Notes under the pieces: model-generated
What the model was told of the DNA's origin: nothing
The model's input: only the letters and a program-made list of their open reading frames with translations
Database searches by the model: none
In this document: one piece after another, positions 19,571 through 29,300 of the stretch
Numbering within the stretch: the stretch's first letter is position 1
How the letters are laid out: each line of letters begins with the position of its first letter
Translations under genes and position numbers: made by a program
Virus genome (UHGV): UHGV-0129084
Source of the DNA: a virus
Strand: one strand, 5' to 3'
DNA: 53,693 bases

Positions 19571-19789
19571 GGTGCTATTAGTGTATTTTCTTCAACAGAC
19601 CCCAAAGTGTTCCGGCTTTTGTAGTCAGTTTTCCTGTTTCTGGATCGTACATACGCTATTCACGCCGCTGGTGGACGATATACCCATCTTCACGTTCCAG
19701 ACGCTCAAGAATGCCAGGCTGCTTGAAACCCTTAGCACGCCAGTAGCCGCTTGTTTTCTCGATTTCCAGACCTGCCAGTGTTAATGCCA

Positions 19790-20125
19790 TTATCCAACCT
19801 CCTTGCAGTCATCGAAAAGGTAGCTTTGCTGAGAAGCGTGAACGCCATAGAAGCCCTTGTATTTGTTGTATACGAAGTGGTCTTCTCCGACGCCGGTTAA
19901 TTTGCCATTACGATTTGTGAGATATGGGGATGACAACACTCGATCGTCACGCACAACATAGAACTGGTCGCCGCTGTCTACGACCATCGCTCCATATGGT
20001 GCTTTTATGACGTCGGTAAGAGCGCCATTCTTAACGTCGGCTACAGACATTTCACACTGATAAACAGTGGTGTCGGCCACAACGATCGAAGAAAGAAACA
20101 ACAGCGCGAATGGGATGGTCTTCAT
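19790..20125 (-). CDS. Secreted hypothetical protein (111 aa)
   Basis: N-terminal signal-peptide-like MKTIPFALLFLSSIVVA; start ATG overlaps the stop of the upstream small membrane ORF (ATGA). Confidence 0.5.
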   Translation of the reverse strand: MKTIPFALLFLSSIVVADTTVYQCEMSVADVKNGALTDVIKAPYGAMVVDSGDQFYVVRDDRVLSSPYLTNRNGKLTGVGEDHFVYNKYKGFYGVHASQQSYLFDDCKEVG

Positions 20126-20301
20126 GCTGCCACCTCTTTGATTACATCAAATGCTGAATTAAATACGAGCACGATAGCCAAAGCGTTTATGACTACGTCG
20201 TGCACCGGGGAAAAGACTTTACGAATGACACCAGTGAAAATGCAGTCGATGACAAAAGCTATTGAAACGATGAGTAACAAGTATTCAATAAAAATCTTCA
20301 T
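20122..20301 (-). CDS. Small hydrophobic membrane protein (59 aa), not in the supplied ORF track
   Basis: Hand-translated MKIFIEYLLLIVSIAFVIDCIFTGVIRKVFSPVHDVVINALAIVLVFNSAFDVIKEVAA; below the 60-aa track cutoff; translationally coupled to the downstream secreted protein. Confidence 0.35.
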   Translation of the reverse strand: MKIFIEYLLLIVSIAFVIDCIFTGVIRKVFSPVHDVVINALAIVLVFNSAFDVIKEVAA

Positions 20302-20340
20302 GATAGGTAGATACTAACTTATATAAACTTTACTGTAAAC

Positions 20341-20616
20341 TCACTCAAAAGTGCTGATGCTTAAAATACGCTCAAGATGTTCAGCATCTTCATTACTGAT
20401 TTGTTGAGTCTCTTCTACGTACCAACAGTTGCCGTTATGCCAACAAACACCATCATCATCAACCATCACTGAATCAGCGTCATGACCCGTATATTCAACA
20501 AGAGTACGCTGGATCAGCGCGTCAGTTTCTTCATCGTTAAGGCCATCGACTTTGACCATAAAAAGCGGAAACACGTCATAGACAGTGCTGGTAACGATTC
20601 GAACTAAAACTCTCAT
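20341..20616 (-). CDS. Hypothetical protein (91 aa)
   Basis: Intact ORF with conserved AAGGAAAAACACATG-type initiation region. Confidence 0.4.
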   Translation of the reverse strand: MRVLVRIVTSTVYDVFPLFMVKVDGLNDEETDALIQRTLVEYTGHDADSVMVDDDGVCWHNGNCWYVEETQQISNEDAEHLERILSISTFE

Positions 20617-20671
20617 GTGTTTTTCCTTTTGTGGTTAGTGTTTACTTATTTTGTTAGTTATGAATAGGCGA

Positions 20672-21097
20672 TCAATCTTCTTGGTTAGGGAAAAACTGTT
20701 CAATAACTCTGTCAACGGCTGTGTCTATATGGAGTAGATGCCACACAACCATATCTTTGCTTCCCATGCCTTGTGTGAATATCACGTCATACTTACGCCA
20801 TGCGCAGTGGAACCAATATGCTGAGTCATCAATTGGTAAATCCTCTCCCGCCTCTTTGAAGTATTTCAGCAGCATTGCCTGCTCTGCCGTTGGCGTTGGA
20901 CCTATTTCCTGAGCGTACATACGGATGAATCGCTGCCAGTCTGTCTCCTCGGGGGTTGGATCTGGTGGGGTCATTTCTGCGATAGCGTTTCGTAGCTGAT
21001 GCGCCCAATCAGGTTCAGGAAAGCCTTTTGCTGCTTCATCATCAATAACATCCAGAGCCACGTTTGCGGCATCGTAGAGTTTCTTAATAGCTGTCAT
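20672..21097 (-). CDS. Hypothetical protein (141 aa)
   Basis: Intact ORF; AAACAAATTGTTT palindrome 16-32 nt upstream of the start. Confidence 0.4.
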   Translation of the reverse strand: MTAIKKLYDAANVALDVIDDEAAKGFPEPDWAHQLRNAIAEMTPPDPTPEETDWQRFIRMYAQEIGPTPTAEQAMLLKYFKEAGEDLPIDDSAYWFHCAWRKYDVIFTQGMGSKDMVVWHLLHIDTAVDRVIEQFFPNQED

Positions 21098-21152
21098 GTT
21101 TTCTTATCCTTTTAAACAAATTGTTTTCTTAATAAGATAATTGCGATAAAAA

Positions 21153-21172
21153 AGGCGTCCAACTGGACGCCT
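21153..21172 (-). terminator. Rho-independent terminator after the SPFH gene
   Basis: AGGCGTCC-AACT-GGACGCCT hairpin with T-run on the minus strand. Confidence 0.65.
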
Positions 21173-21188
21173 GAACTTTTTAGGGGAG

Positions 21189-22019
21189 TTATTTCACTGT
21201 AATGAAAGGAGTGTTAGCCCCTTGAGTCATGTACTGCGGTAACTGGCCATTCCATTTATTGATGGCTTCCAGTTCCATAACGTTCGGGTTTTGACGCAGA
21301 GCTTCACCGCGCAGACGAATGGCGTCTGCTTCTGCTTGCGCACGAGCACGGATAGCATCAGCTTCACCATTAGCCTGTTCACGTAGCATATTCGCCTCAG
21401 CTTTACGTTGTTCAACTTCCTGCTGACGTTGCAGAGTACGCTGGTTAGCCGTTACTTTGGCGTTGATAGATTCAATGACGGTTTTTGGGTAATCAGGCTT
21501 TCCAACCCATGACAGGCTCAGTACCTCAATACCAACCGGAGACATCTCTTTCTGAATGTCTTTCAGTGCGTTGTCCAGCAATTGCGCCTTACCACCGTCG
21601 ATAAATGAGTCAGTGGTCATACGGCTGGCCAAACGGTTTAGAGAGTCGGCAATTTTCTGACGCAGATCTGATTCGGTGATATCGTCTACGCCTTTGCGAT
21701 AGGTCTGGAACACCGTCGTTACCTTGTCACGATTAACCAGATACGCAACGCCAATTTTGTGACCAATAGCAGTACCGTCACTCATCTGGAATGTGAACGG
21801 CTCGTCGTAGGTCTTCATTTGTTTGAAGGTCGGGAATACGTAAAGTTCGGTGTTAAGACCTGTCCATTGGCGACCAACGCCAACCACTTCACCGATCCCT
21901 TTGTCTTCACCTAATTTGTTTACTTTGATGCCAACGTATCCAGGCTCCACGCGATCACAGCCAGTAAGACCCATTGTGCAAATAGCCGCCAGAGCAACTG
22001 CAAGTAAACCTTTCTTCAT
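21189..22019 (-). CDS. SPFH/band-7 (HflC/prohibitin-like) lipoprotein
   Basis: 276 aa; lipoprotein signal LAAICTMGLTGC; coiled-coil C-terminus rich in A/E/R/Q typical of SPFH proteins; terminator hairpin downstream. Confidence 0.6.
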   Translation of the reverse strand: MKKGLLAVALAAICTMGLTGCDRVEPGYVGIKVNKLGEDKGIGEVVGVGRQWTGLNTELYVFPTFKQMKTYDEPFTFQMSDGTAIGHKIGVAYLVNRDKVTTVFQTYRKGVDDITESDLRQKIADSLNRLASRMTTDSFIDGGKAQLLDNALKDIQKEMSPVGIEVLSLSWVGKPDYPKTVIESINAKVTANQRTLQRQQEVEQRKAEANMLREQANGEADAIRARAQAEADAIRLRGEALRQNPNVMELEAINKWNGQLPQYMTQGANTPFITVK

Positions 22020-22022
22020 TAC

Positions 22023-22223
22023 TTATTTCCCTTTTGCTTTGATTAATGAGTTGATAAACTTACGACCAGCAATAAGACCGATTACAGGAGCACCAAAACC
22101 AACGATAACTCCAAACATGACGGCTAAATCACTCTTGGTAGAAATCAGCGACGGAACCAGTAAACCGTAGATGAGAGCCACTGAAAGGCCTGTGGCTACT
22201 GCCAATAGATAGATTTTGATCAT
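22023..22223 (-). CDS. Small integral membrane protein (66 aa)
   Basis: Two predicted hydrophobic helices; directly upstream of, and co-oriented with, the SPFH gene. Confidence 0.45.
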   Translation of the reverse strand: MIKIYLLAVATGLSVALIYGLLVPSLISTKSDLAVMFGVIVGFGAPVIGLIAGRKFINSLIKAKGK

Positions 22224-22291
22224 GTGTTTTCCTATGTGGTTGTTATGCGAAAATAATAAGTAAGTACTTATATATTTTCAAGAGATAAAAA

Positions 22292-22310
22292 AGGCGTCCT
22301 GTGGACGCCT
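22292..22310 (-). terminator. Rho-independent terminator after the RecA-like gene
   Basis: AGGCGTCC-TGT-GGACGCCT hairpin (same stem as the 21153 terminator) with T-run on the minus strand. Confidence 0.65.
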
Positions 22311-22315
22311 TGTGT

Positions 22316-23389
22316 TTACTCTTCTACTGACTCGGTGGGGTTGTCTTTTGCTCTTCGGTCGTCGATTGCCTGCAAAGCCGCAATGATTTCAGCCAGTGGC
22401 TTCTCCCGATACATCTCGACGATCTGCGATTTGGTGTATTTCTTGTCACCAATTTCAACTCGCCCGCTGGCGTTCTTTGGCAGGTATCCTTCTTCCAGCA
22501 TGTACTCGACGAGCGATTCGATAACGTCGAGGCCACGAGTAGGATCGAAGTAGAATTTCCAGGTGCATTTGCCATACGGTGGTGCAACTTTGTTTTTGAT
22601 GCATTCTGCGCCTACGTCCTGGCCGATCTTCTCTTTACCATCCTTCATCACCGATGCACCAAGACGGATACGTACAGAAGCGTAGAACTTCGGTGAATCT
22701 CCACCTGGCGACGTAGTAGGGTCGCCAAACATTACACCGATTTTTGTGCGAACCTGATTCAAGAAGATGATGCAGGCGTTGTATTTGCGTGCCCACAAAG
22801 CCAGAGTAGGGAAGTTCGCACTTGTCGCACGAGCCAGTGCCGTATTGTCGTTCATGTTTAGCTGATCTTTGTCTTTGGCAGTGCCTTCAGCCATCTTTTC
22901 GAACTTCTCGGCTTTGGAGTTCGGAACCATAGACGCAAGTGAGTCAGCCACGATACAGATAGGTGCTGATTCAGGAATAAGCTCTTCATCACGTACCAAT
23001 TTAAGAATTGTGCCGATCAACTCTACAGAGTCTTCGAAGGTATCAGGCTGCTTGTATACCCACTGACCGTCATCCTCATCTGCGTTCAGGCCATTGGCTA
23101 CAGCCAGGCCAACGTCAAAACTGTTTTCATGATCGAGGAATACCGCCAGACCATCTTGTTTTTGAGCGGAGATCATCGCTGCTGTTGCAAGGAACGTTTT
23201 CCCTGCACTTGGAGGACCGAATACTTCGACGATACGACCACATGGGAAGCCGCCATCGTAACGACCAGAAATAGCTTTGTTTAACGGAGGAAAGCCTGTG
23301 TCAATCCAATGAGTTACTTTCTGAATTTCGTCGTTGCTACCGATTTTCTTTTTCAGAGCAAGTGCCAGTGCGGATTTTCCTTTTGCCAT
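22316..23389 (-). CDS. RecA/UvsX-like recombinase
   Basis: 357 aa; Walker A GPPSAGKT, IIFLNQVR and KFYASVRIRLG segments parallel RecA. Confidence 0.75.
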   Translation of the reverse strand: MAKGKSALALALKKKIGSNDEIQKVTHWIDTGFPPLNKAISGRYDGGFPCGRIVEVFGPPSAGKTFLATAAMISAQKQDGLAVFLDHENSFDVGLAVANGLNADEDDGQWVYKQPDTFEDSVELIGTILKLVRDEELIPESAPICIVADSLASMVPNSKAEKFEKMAEGTAKDKDQLNMNDNTALARATSANFPTLALWARKYNACIIFLNQVRTKIGVMFGDPTTSPGGDSPKFYASVRIRLGASVMKDGKEKIGQDVGAECIKNKVAPPYGKCTWKFYFDPTRGLDVIESLVEYMLEEGYLPKNASGRVEIGDKKYTKSQIVEMYREKPLAEIIAALQAIDDRRAKDNPTESVEE

Positions 23390-23391
23390 GA

Positions 23392-23664
23392 TCAGGCTCC
23401 TTTTGTTTCGTTGATTCGTTTTAAAGCGGCGGATTCGTCGAATACAATCGCATCGTGGTTAAGGAGTCTGGATACACGAGCGAGGATTTTTACGACCTGC
23501 TCGCTGACTAATCCAAACTCGCGATCTGTCGCTTTCATTCCGGCAGCGCCTAGAATTGACGGCAGTGCGATGACAGCGTACTCACCGTGATAAAAGACAA
23601 TCTCTTTTGCCAGTTGGGCAGGGGTGGTTGTAGCGCCATTAATAATCGATTTAAGCATTAGCAA
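23392..23664 (-). CDS. Hypothetical protein (90 aa)
   Basis: Small ORF overlapping the start of the flap endonuclease gene by 7 nt. Confidence 0.35.
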   Translation of the reverse strand: MLMLKSIINGATTTPAQLAKEIVFYHGEYAVIALPSILGAAGMKATDREFGLVSEQVVKILARVSRLLNHDAIVFDESAALKRINETKGA

Positions 23665-24653
23665 TACCTTTCGAATGGAAGAACAAACACTTCAAGGTCT
23701 TCAAGGAACGAACGGAAATTCAGCTCGTAGCACAGTTGCTCGAATGCTTTCACGTCACGATTGCCTTTGATTGTTTCGATTTCGGTAGGCGGAAACTTCG
23801 TCTCAATCAGGTTCATTAGCGTGATGTTTCTCTTGAACGCTTCGAGCATTCGACAGCCTGTTTTCTCGTTGAAGGCATTCTTCGCTAGTTTGTTGAAGGC
23901 GGTCTTATGGCGTCCTTTGTCAACCACGATTGAGCCGTCGTTGATGCCGCGTACCATCGTTGCGACACTTCCCCATTCATGCAGCAGCTCTTTCGCACCG
24001 CCAGCACCAATGCCACCAACACCGCTAATGTTGTCCGATTTATCGCCTTGTAATGCTTTTGCTTCCAAAAATGCGCGAGGAGTAGCGAATCCTGTCAGCT
24101 CCGCAAATTGCTCAAAATTAACCTGCTTGTTTTTGGCGTCTTCGCGCAGGCTTACCCAGCTTACGTTTTCGCGAACTAACTGAAGCCAGTCGCTATCGCC
24201 TGTTAACAGATAGATGTGTTCAACGGTTGGCTGCGCTGCCATGCGGGATACCAGCAGCCCGGCCAGATCATCCGCTTCTGCATCTTTTGCAATGAGTTGG
24301 GTAACTCCAAGCGCGGTCATCATTTTGAGGATGTATGGCTTCTGGATAGCAAAGCCTTCCTTCATCTTTTTCATATCAGGATCGTCGTCGCGATTTGTTT
24401 TGTAGTCCGGGTAAAAGTCGCGACGCTTGTCACTAAATCCATCCCAAAGAATCATAGGTCGGGCATGGAGGATGGAGGCATAACGACGGACGTTCTTAAC
24501 AAAGCCGAAAGCAGCCTGTACTTCCATTTCGCCGTTGTGCAATTTGTCAGATTGTTGGTGGTAATAACCCAGGCTATTGCCATCTACGAAGAGATAATTC
24601 ACCGGTACATTCCTTCCAAAAAGTAAGGCGTCCGTAGACGCCTTACTGGTCAC
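23658..24653 (-). CDS. 5'-3' exonuclease / flap endonuclease (T4 RNase H / T5 D15-like)
   Basis: 331 aa; LLTGDSDWLQL and GVGGIGAGGAKELL (helix-hairpin-helix) segments typical of the FEN/5'-nuclease family. Confidence 0.8.
   Translation of the reverse strand: MTSKASTDALLFGRNVPVNYLFVDGNSLGYYHQQSDKLHNGEMEVQAAFGFVKNVRRYASILHARPMILWDGFSDKRRDFYPDYKTNRDDDPDMKKMKEGFAIQKPYILKMMTALGVTQLIAKDAEADDLAGLLVSRMAAQPTVEHIYLLTGDSDWLQLVRENVSWVSLREDAKNKQVNFEQFAELTGFATPRAFLEAKALQGDKSDNISGVGGIGAGGAKELLHEWGSVATMVRGINDGSIVVDKGRHKTAFNKLAKNAFNEKTGCRMLEAFKRNITLMNLIETKFPPTEIETIKGNRDVKAFEQLCYELNFRSFLEDLEVFVLPFERYC
24623..24646 (-). terminator. Rho-independent terminator after the SSB gene
   Basis: GTAAGGCGTC-CGTA-GACGCCTTAC hairpin with TTTTTGG on the minus strand. 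Confidence 0.65.
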
Positions 24654-24662
24654 GTAATGGGA

Positions 24663-25691
24663 TTACAGAGAGTCCAGCTCTCTCAGTAGGTCATCCAGAC
24701 CTTCATCTTCCGTCGCAGATGCGGCTGCTACAGATGTCGCTGCGACTGCTTCAGACTCTTTGACTGATACTGCAACGGCAGCGGAACTTGCTTCTGGTTT
24801 AAATTCAGTTTCAACGGCACGGAGGATTTCTTCATCAACCAGACTGGTTGGTTCAGAAGCTGGGGTATGAGCGGTAGCTACAGCCGTCGCACCCTCCGTA
24901 TGACCAGTGACAGAGCCAAATCCAGGTAGTGCCGCAGCCGATGTTTTCGCGGTTGAGGAAATTGCTGGTGCAGATGCTGCGGCAGTTGGTGCAGCGATGC
25001 CAATCAGACGACCCATAGTGCGAACTGTCGACAGAAGACGAGTTTCATCAGCCTGATTTGCGTATGCGATCAGATCATGCTGGGTATTCCAGAATTTATC
25101 TTCGATATCGCCTTTGTAGACTTTACGCTTAGGCGAGACGTCATATTTGGTATCGCGACCAGAGCCAGTACGTTTAATCAGGAATGCGTAGCCTTCCTCT
25201 TTGCTCAGTGGATTGCCGATATCATCAGCGATGTCTTCGGTGATTGCTTTGCAGATATCATCGAATACAGTAGACGGCAGCTCGATTAACTGGCATTTCT
25301 CAGCATCTGCGAAATCCTCACGAGCAGAAAGAATGCCGTTGACCAGGTAGCGAGGAGTGGCACGCATTTGACCGATGCGTTCTTCCATTGCTTTGTTACC
25401 CTTGTGACGAGCGCGACCTTCCATAACCATTTCGCATAGCTGACAAGCGCGACCGTGAGTATGTTGCTCACAAATATAAGCGTTGGTTGCTTCTTTACCT
25501 TCCTCGTTCTGATACTTAACGTAGTGCATACCGAAAGTCTGGAAGAACTTACCGTTTGGGTCGTCTTTATTCGGGAAGATGCGGATATAGTTGACGCCGT
25601 CTTTTAAGCGAGTCAGATCAACGTTGTTGCCACGTTTGGCGGCAATGTCTTCACGAGTTTTGTTAAGCAAATCAAGTAATGTCTTAGACAT
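24663..25691 (-). CDS. Single-stranded DNA-binding protein (T4 gp32-like)
   Basis: 342 aa; GVNYIRIFPNKDDPNGKFF resembles the gp32 N-terminal region; Cys/His cluster CEQHTHGRACQLC; acidic C-terminal tail DEGLDDLLRELDSL. Confidence 0.55.
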   Translation of the reverse strand: MSKTLLDLLNKTREDIAAKRGNNVDLTRLKDGVNYIRIFPNKDDPNGKFFQTFGMHYVKYQNEEGKEATNAYICEQHTHGRACQLCEMVMEGRARHKGNKAMEERIGQMRATPRYLVNGILSAREDFADAEKCQLIELPSTVFDDICKAITEDIADDIGNPLSKEEGYAFLIKRTGSGRDTKYDVSPKRKVYKGDIEDKFWNTQHDLIAYANQADETRLLSTVRTMGRLIGIAAPTAAASAPAISSTAKTSAAALPGFGSVTGHTEGATAVATAHTPASEPTSLVDEEILRAVETEFKPEASSAAVAVSVKESEAVAATSVAAASATEDEGLDDLLRELDSL

Positions 25692-25808
25692 GTGTTTCTC
25701 CTTGTTGTGATTTGGCCGATGGCGCTATGCGCGTTGGGCTTTCGTTCATTCGTGGCTCTTTCGAGCTGTTAAATGATAGATCAGTACTTACTTATTATCT
25801 ATCAAAAA

Positions 25809-26240
25809 TCAACGGGGAGTAATAAAGCGTTCAGAGCCTAATCGCTCTAATTCAACGATGGCCATCTTTGACGCCTGAACGATCATGTCTCGGCGATGCG
25901 AAAAGGCGGCGACAGCATGTTTGTATATGTCTGCGATGTGCCGTGCTTCATCCAACTTCTGCCGTTTAGACAGATACTGTGGGTTTGTTTTAACCTTAGC
26001 GTCCAGTACAGACTCGTTGAACTTAATGCCGTTCATACTCAAGTTCTTACGCTCTGTGTCGTATAGCTTTGCTTCAACAGCTTCAAGGTTAAGTTTTGCC
26101 TCTGCGACACTTCTTTCTGCATGAGCGAGTTTTGAGCCATACTCCATTAAAAGGCGGGGTTGTCTACGCCAGACTTCCTCCAGATTGTCTCGGTCAAACT
26201 CGAGATCAGACATTATTTTCTCGTAAATATCGGTGATCAT
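25809..26240 (-). CDS. Hypothetical protein (143 aa), possibly UvsY-like recombination mediator
   Basis: Size, helical character and position next to the SSB gene fit UvsY; no sequence motif confirmed. Confidence 0.3.
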   Translation of the reverse strand: MITDIYEKIMSDLEFDRDNLEEVWRRQPRLLMEYGSKLAHAERSVAEAKLNLEAVEAKLYDTERKNLSMNGIKFNESVLDAKVKTNPQYLSKRQKLDEARHIADIYKHAVAAFSHRRDMIVQASKMAIVELERLGSERFITPR

Positions 26241-26335
26241 GTGCTTTCCTTTTTACTTATCATCTTATATTGATTATATCATTGTGATGATAAGGCAAGG
26301 AGTTCGAGGATAGGGGATATGAGGGGATAAGAGAA

Positions 26336-26358
26336 AACATGGCCATAGAGGCCATGTT
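26336..26358 (-). terminator. Rho-independent terminator after the polymerase gene
   Basis: AACATGGCC-ATAGA-GGCCATGTT hairpin followed on the minus strand by TTTTCTCTT. Confidence 0.6.
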
Positions 26359-26365
26359 TATTGGA

Positions 26366-29300
26366 TCACGACTTAATAGTTTCTGCTACGTCGGCTAATA
26401 TCGCTTCTAGTCGTTCTCCCTCTTCAGGTCTGAAGTAAAGAATGTTGGGGTTAAACCCGTAAAAGACAGTAACGTCAAGGTCTGGAAGATACTCCTTCCT
26501 GCCGACCAAATCGGATGGCTTGTTTTTGTTGTTAAACAATGAAGTTGCCCGGCTGCCACACGTCAGCACATAGGTCGGACGCACCAGATTGATCTCTTCA
26601 CGCATAAAGTCGGTGAACTGGCCGATCTCGTCTTTGGTGTAGTCTTTTTCTTTGTCTTTAACCTTCTTGCAAACACCTGTGACATAGAGATCGCCCATGC
26701 GTAAATCTCCAGCCGTCAATAGCTTGGCCTTAAAGTCGTCGTATCCGTTCTCCATAAAGTAACCGGTTCGAGCATCATTGCCGTTCGCATTGTCCAGAAT
26801 GATCATGATTTTCGGCTTAATACCAATGCTGGGGCGGATTAGTTCATCACCTAAGCCCATTTCAGCCGCCATCCGCGTCATGAGTACGTTAATTTCAGCC
26901 GAACGTTTGGGGTTCATCTCAAACGGACGTGAGGCTTTAACTGCGTCTATGACAAGGTTTCCCATCAATTCAGCTTGGTCGCGTAGGCGCTCTGGATCAG
27001 TTGCTGGCAGACTGCCTGGCTCGATGGATGCAAACGCCCCTACTTTTTGCAGCGATTCGCGCACTCGACTATTACAGGCACGTTTCTCGACAGCTTCTTC
27101 GAATTGCGCCAGTGACTCGAATTTGCCGCCAACTTTTTCTCGCGCTCTCATGATGGCTTGGCAGCCATTCTCAGAACACCCTTTCACAGCAGAGAAGGGC
27201 GCATACAGCACCTGGCTGCCATCTTCAAGCGTGCGGATCTCGATTCGGTTAGATGACACGTTAACGTCTGGTGGCAATACGCGAATACCATAGGTCAGCG
27301 CATCTTTAACCAGCCCCTGGTGTTTATCTTCGCCAAGAATAGTGAGAGCAGCAGCGAAGAACTCCGCGGGATAATGAGTTTTCAACCACATAGATTGATA
27401 ACTGATTAAGGAGTAAGCAACAGAGTGTGATTTGTTGAACTGGTAGGCACCATTCTTTTCGAATGCGGTCCAGATCTCCTTCGCTTTCATCTCTGATAGC
27501 CCTGGATGTGACGCTGTAACGCGTACTGCGTTTATAGGTAGTTTTGCGCCGTACTCAAGTGCCTCTTCGACAGTTTTCAGAGTTCCGTCTTCGCATTTAA
27601 AATGTTCCGCACGGTGAATGCGCTGTGTAGTGCCATCTTCCAGCTCAACGTCTATCCAGCCAGCTTGAGCCTGAACGATGAACTTCTCGCCCATGCTCTT
27701 CATTTTTTCCATGTCTTTTTTGCCGATCGCTTTACGAACGCCGTCAGCTTCAGCCATTGTGAAGCCAGCAAGCAATCGAGTCGCGTTCATCGTCTGTTCC
27801 TGATAGAGAATCACGCCATTTGTTTCTGCGGTAAGTTCATCAAGAACGGGGTGTAATGATTCCGGCGTCATAAAGCCTTTGGCTACAGAAACATAGTCAT
27901 CCAACATGCCTGACTGAATTGGCCCCGGCCGGAAGAGTGCAGTCGTAGCAACAACCGTTTTAAAGCTCATTGGCTCAATTCCACCACCTAAATCTTTAAG
28001 CAGCTTGCGCATTGGGCCTGATTCAAGCTGGAAAACACCTTGAGTGTACCCAGCAGCAAAACCATCCAGCACCTTGCGATCTTCAAGAGAAATGGCATCA
28101 AGATTGATATCTTCACCTGTGTTCTCTTTTATGTAGCGTTTTGCACTATCGAGCAAATCGAGAGTTGCCAGACCAAGTACGTCCAGCTTAATTAGGCCCA
28201 TAGCCTCGCAGTAACGCTTGTCAAATGCGATACAACGCGCGTCACCACGGCGTTCAACCGGTGTACGTTCTGTCAGAGGAACACCTGCTACGATCATCCC
28301 TGCCGCATGTCTACCAAAGCCACGCATAAGGCTTTGTAACTTGCAGGCTGCATTGAATGCATCAGGATATTTTGTTGCGTATTTGTCGAGACTTGCCAGT
28401 TGTTCGCGCAACTCTTCCAATGGAAGGCTATCATCCTCGACGTTCTTCAGTTCTTTTGATACCGCCATATCTGCGGACTCCACACCATAAATACGAGCGG
28501 TGTCACGTAGTGCAGAGGCTGCGCCCAGGTAGGTGAAGTTCGGAATGCCTGCAACGTAATCTTCGCCGTAGCGTTCATTCAGATACTCGATCACCTCATG
28601 GCGACGTGCCTGGCTGAAGTCCAAGTCCGCATCCGGCAAGTCGAGACGCTCAGGGTTGATGAAACGCTCAAACAGAAGACCGTGACGGATTGGGTCGACG
28701 TTGGTTATGCCTATGCACCACGCCACCAGAGAACCGGCAGAGGAACCACGACCAGGCCCAACGGGAATGCCAGTTTCACGACTATGATTCATCAGATCGC
28801 GCACCATCAGGAAGTAACCACAGAATCCCAGGCGAGTCAGCGTGTCCATTTCGTACTTTAGCCGCTCAACATAAACCCTGTTCTCAGAAGCAGGTGGTGT
28901 GTATCCAAACTCTTTTGTGGTAAGACGTTTACGCAGCCCTGCAACAGCCAGTTTCATCAGCGTTGCAGGTTCGTCGTCTGCCATCTTGGGCAGTGCTGGT
29001 GGCAATTCATGCCAGCGCCATGTGCAGGCATCGATAATGGAGTCCTGCGTTGTTGAGGCCATTGCAGCTGTTACCGGCACATCCATGCGAACGGAGAAGG
29101 CTTTAAGCGCCTCAAGGAGATGGCGACGACCATTGATGGCGTTATCTCGCTGGTGGGGGATACGCAGACGATGCGGCTGGTCGATTTTGATGTTGTTCGT
29201 AACCATGTGCGCAATGTCTTTAATGTCTGCATCGTCGATCGATTCGTAATAAGCGGGATAGAACGCCACTGGCTCTATTTTCAATGCGCTGGCGACTTTC

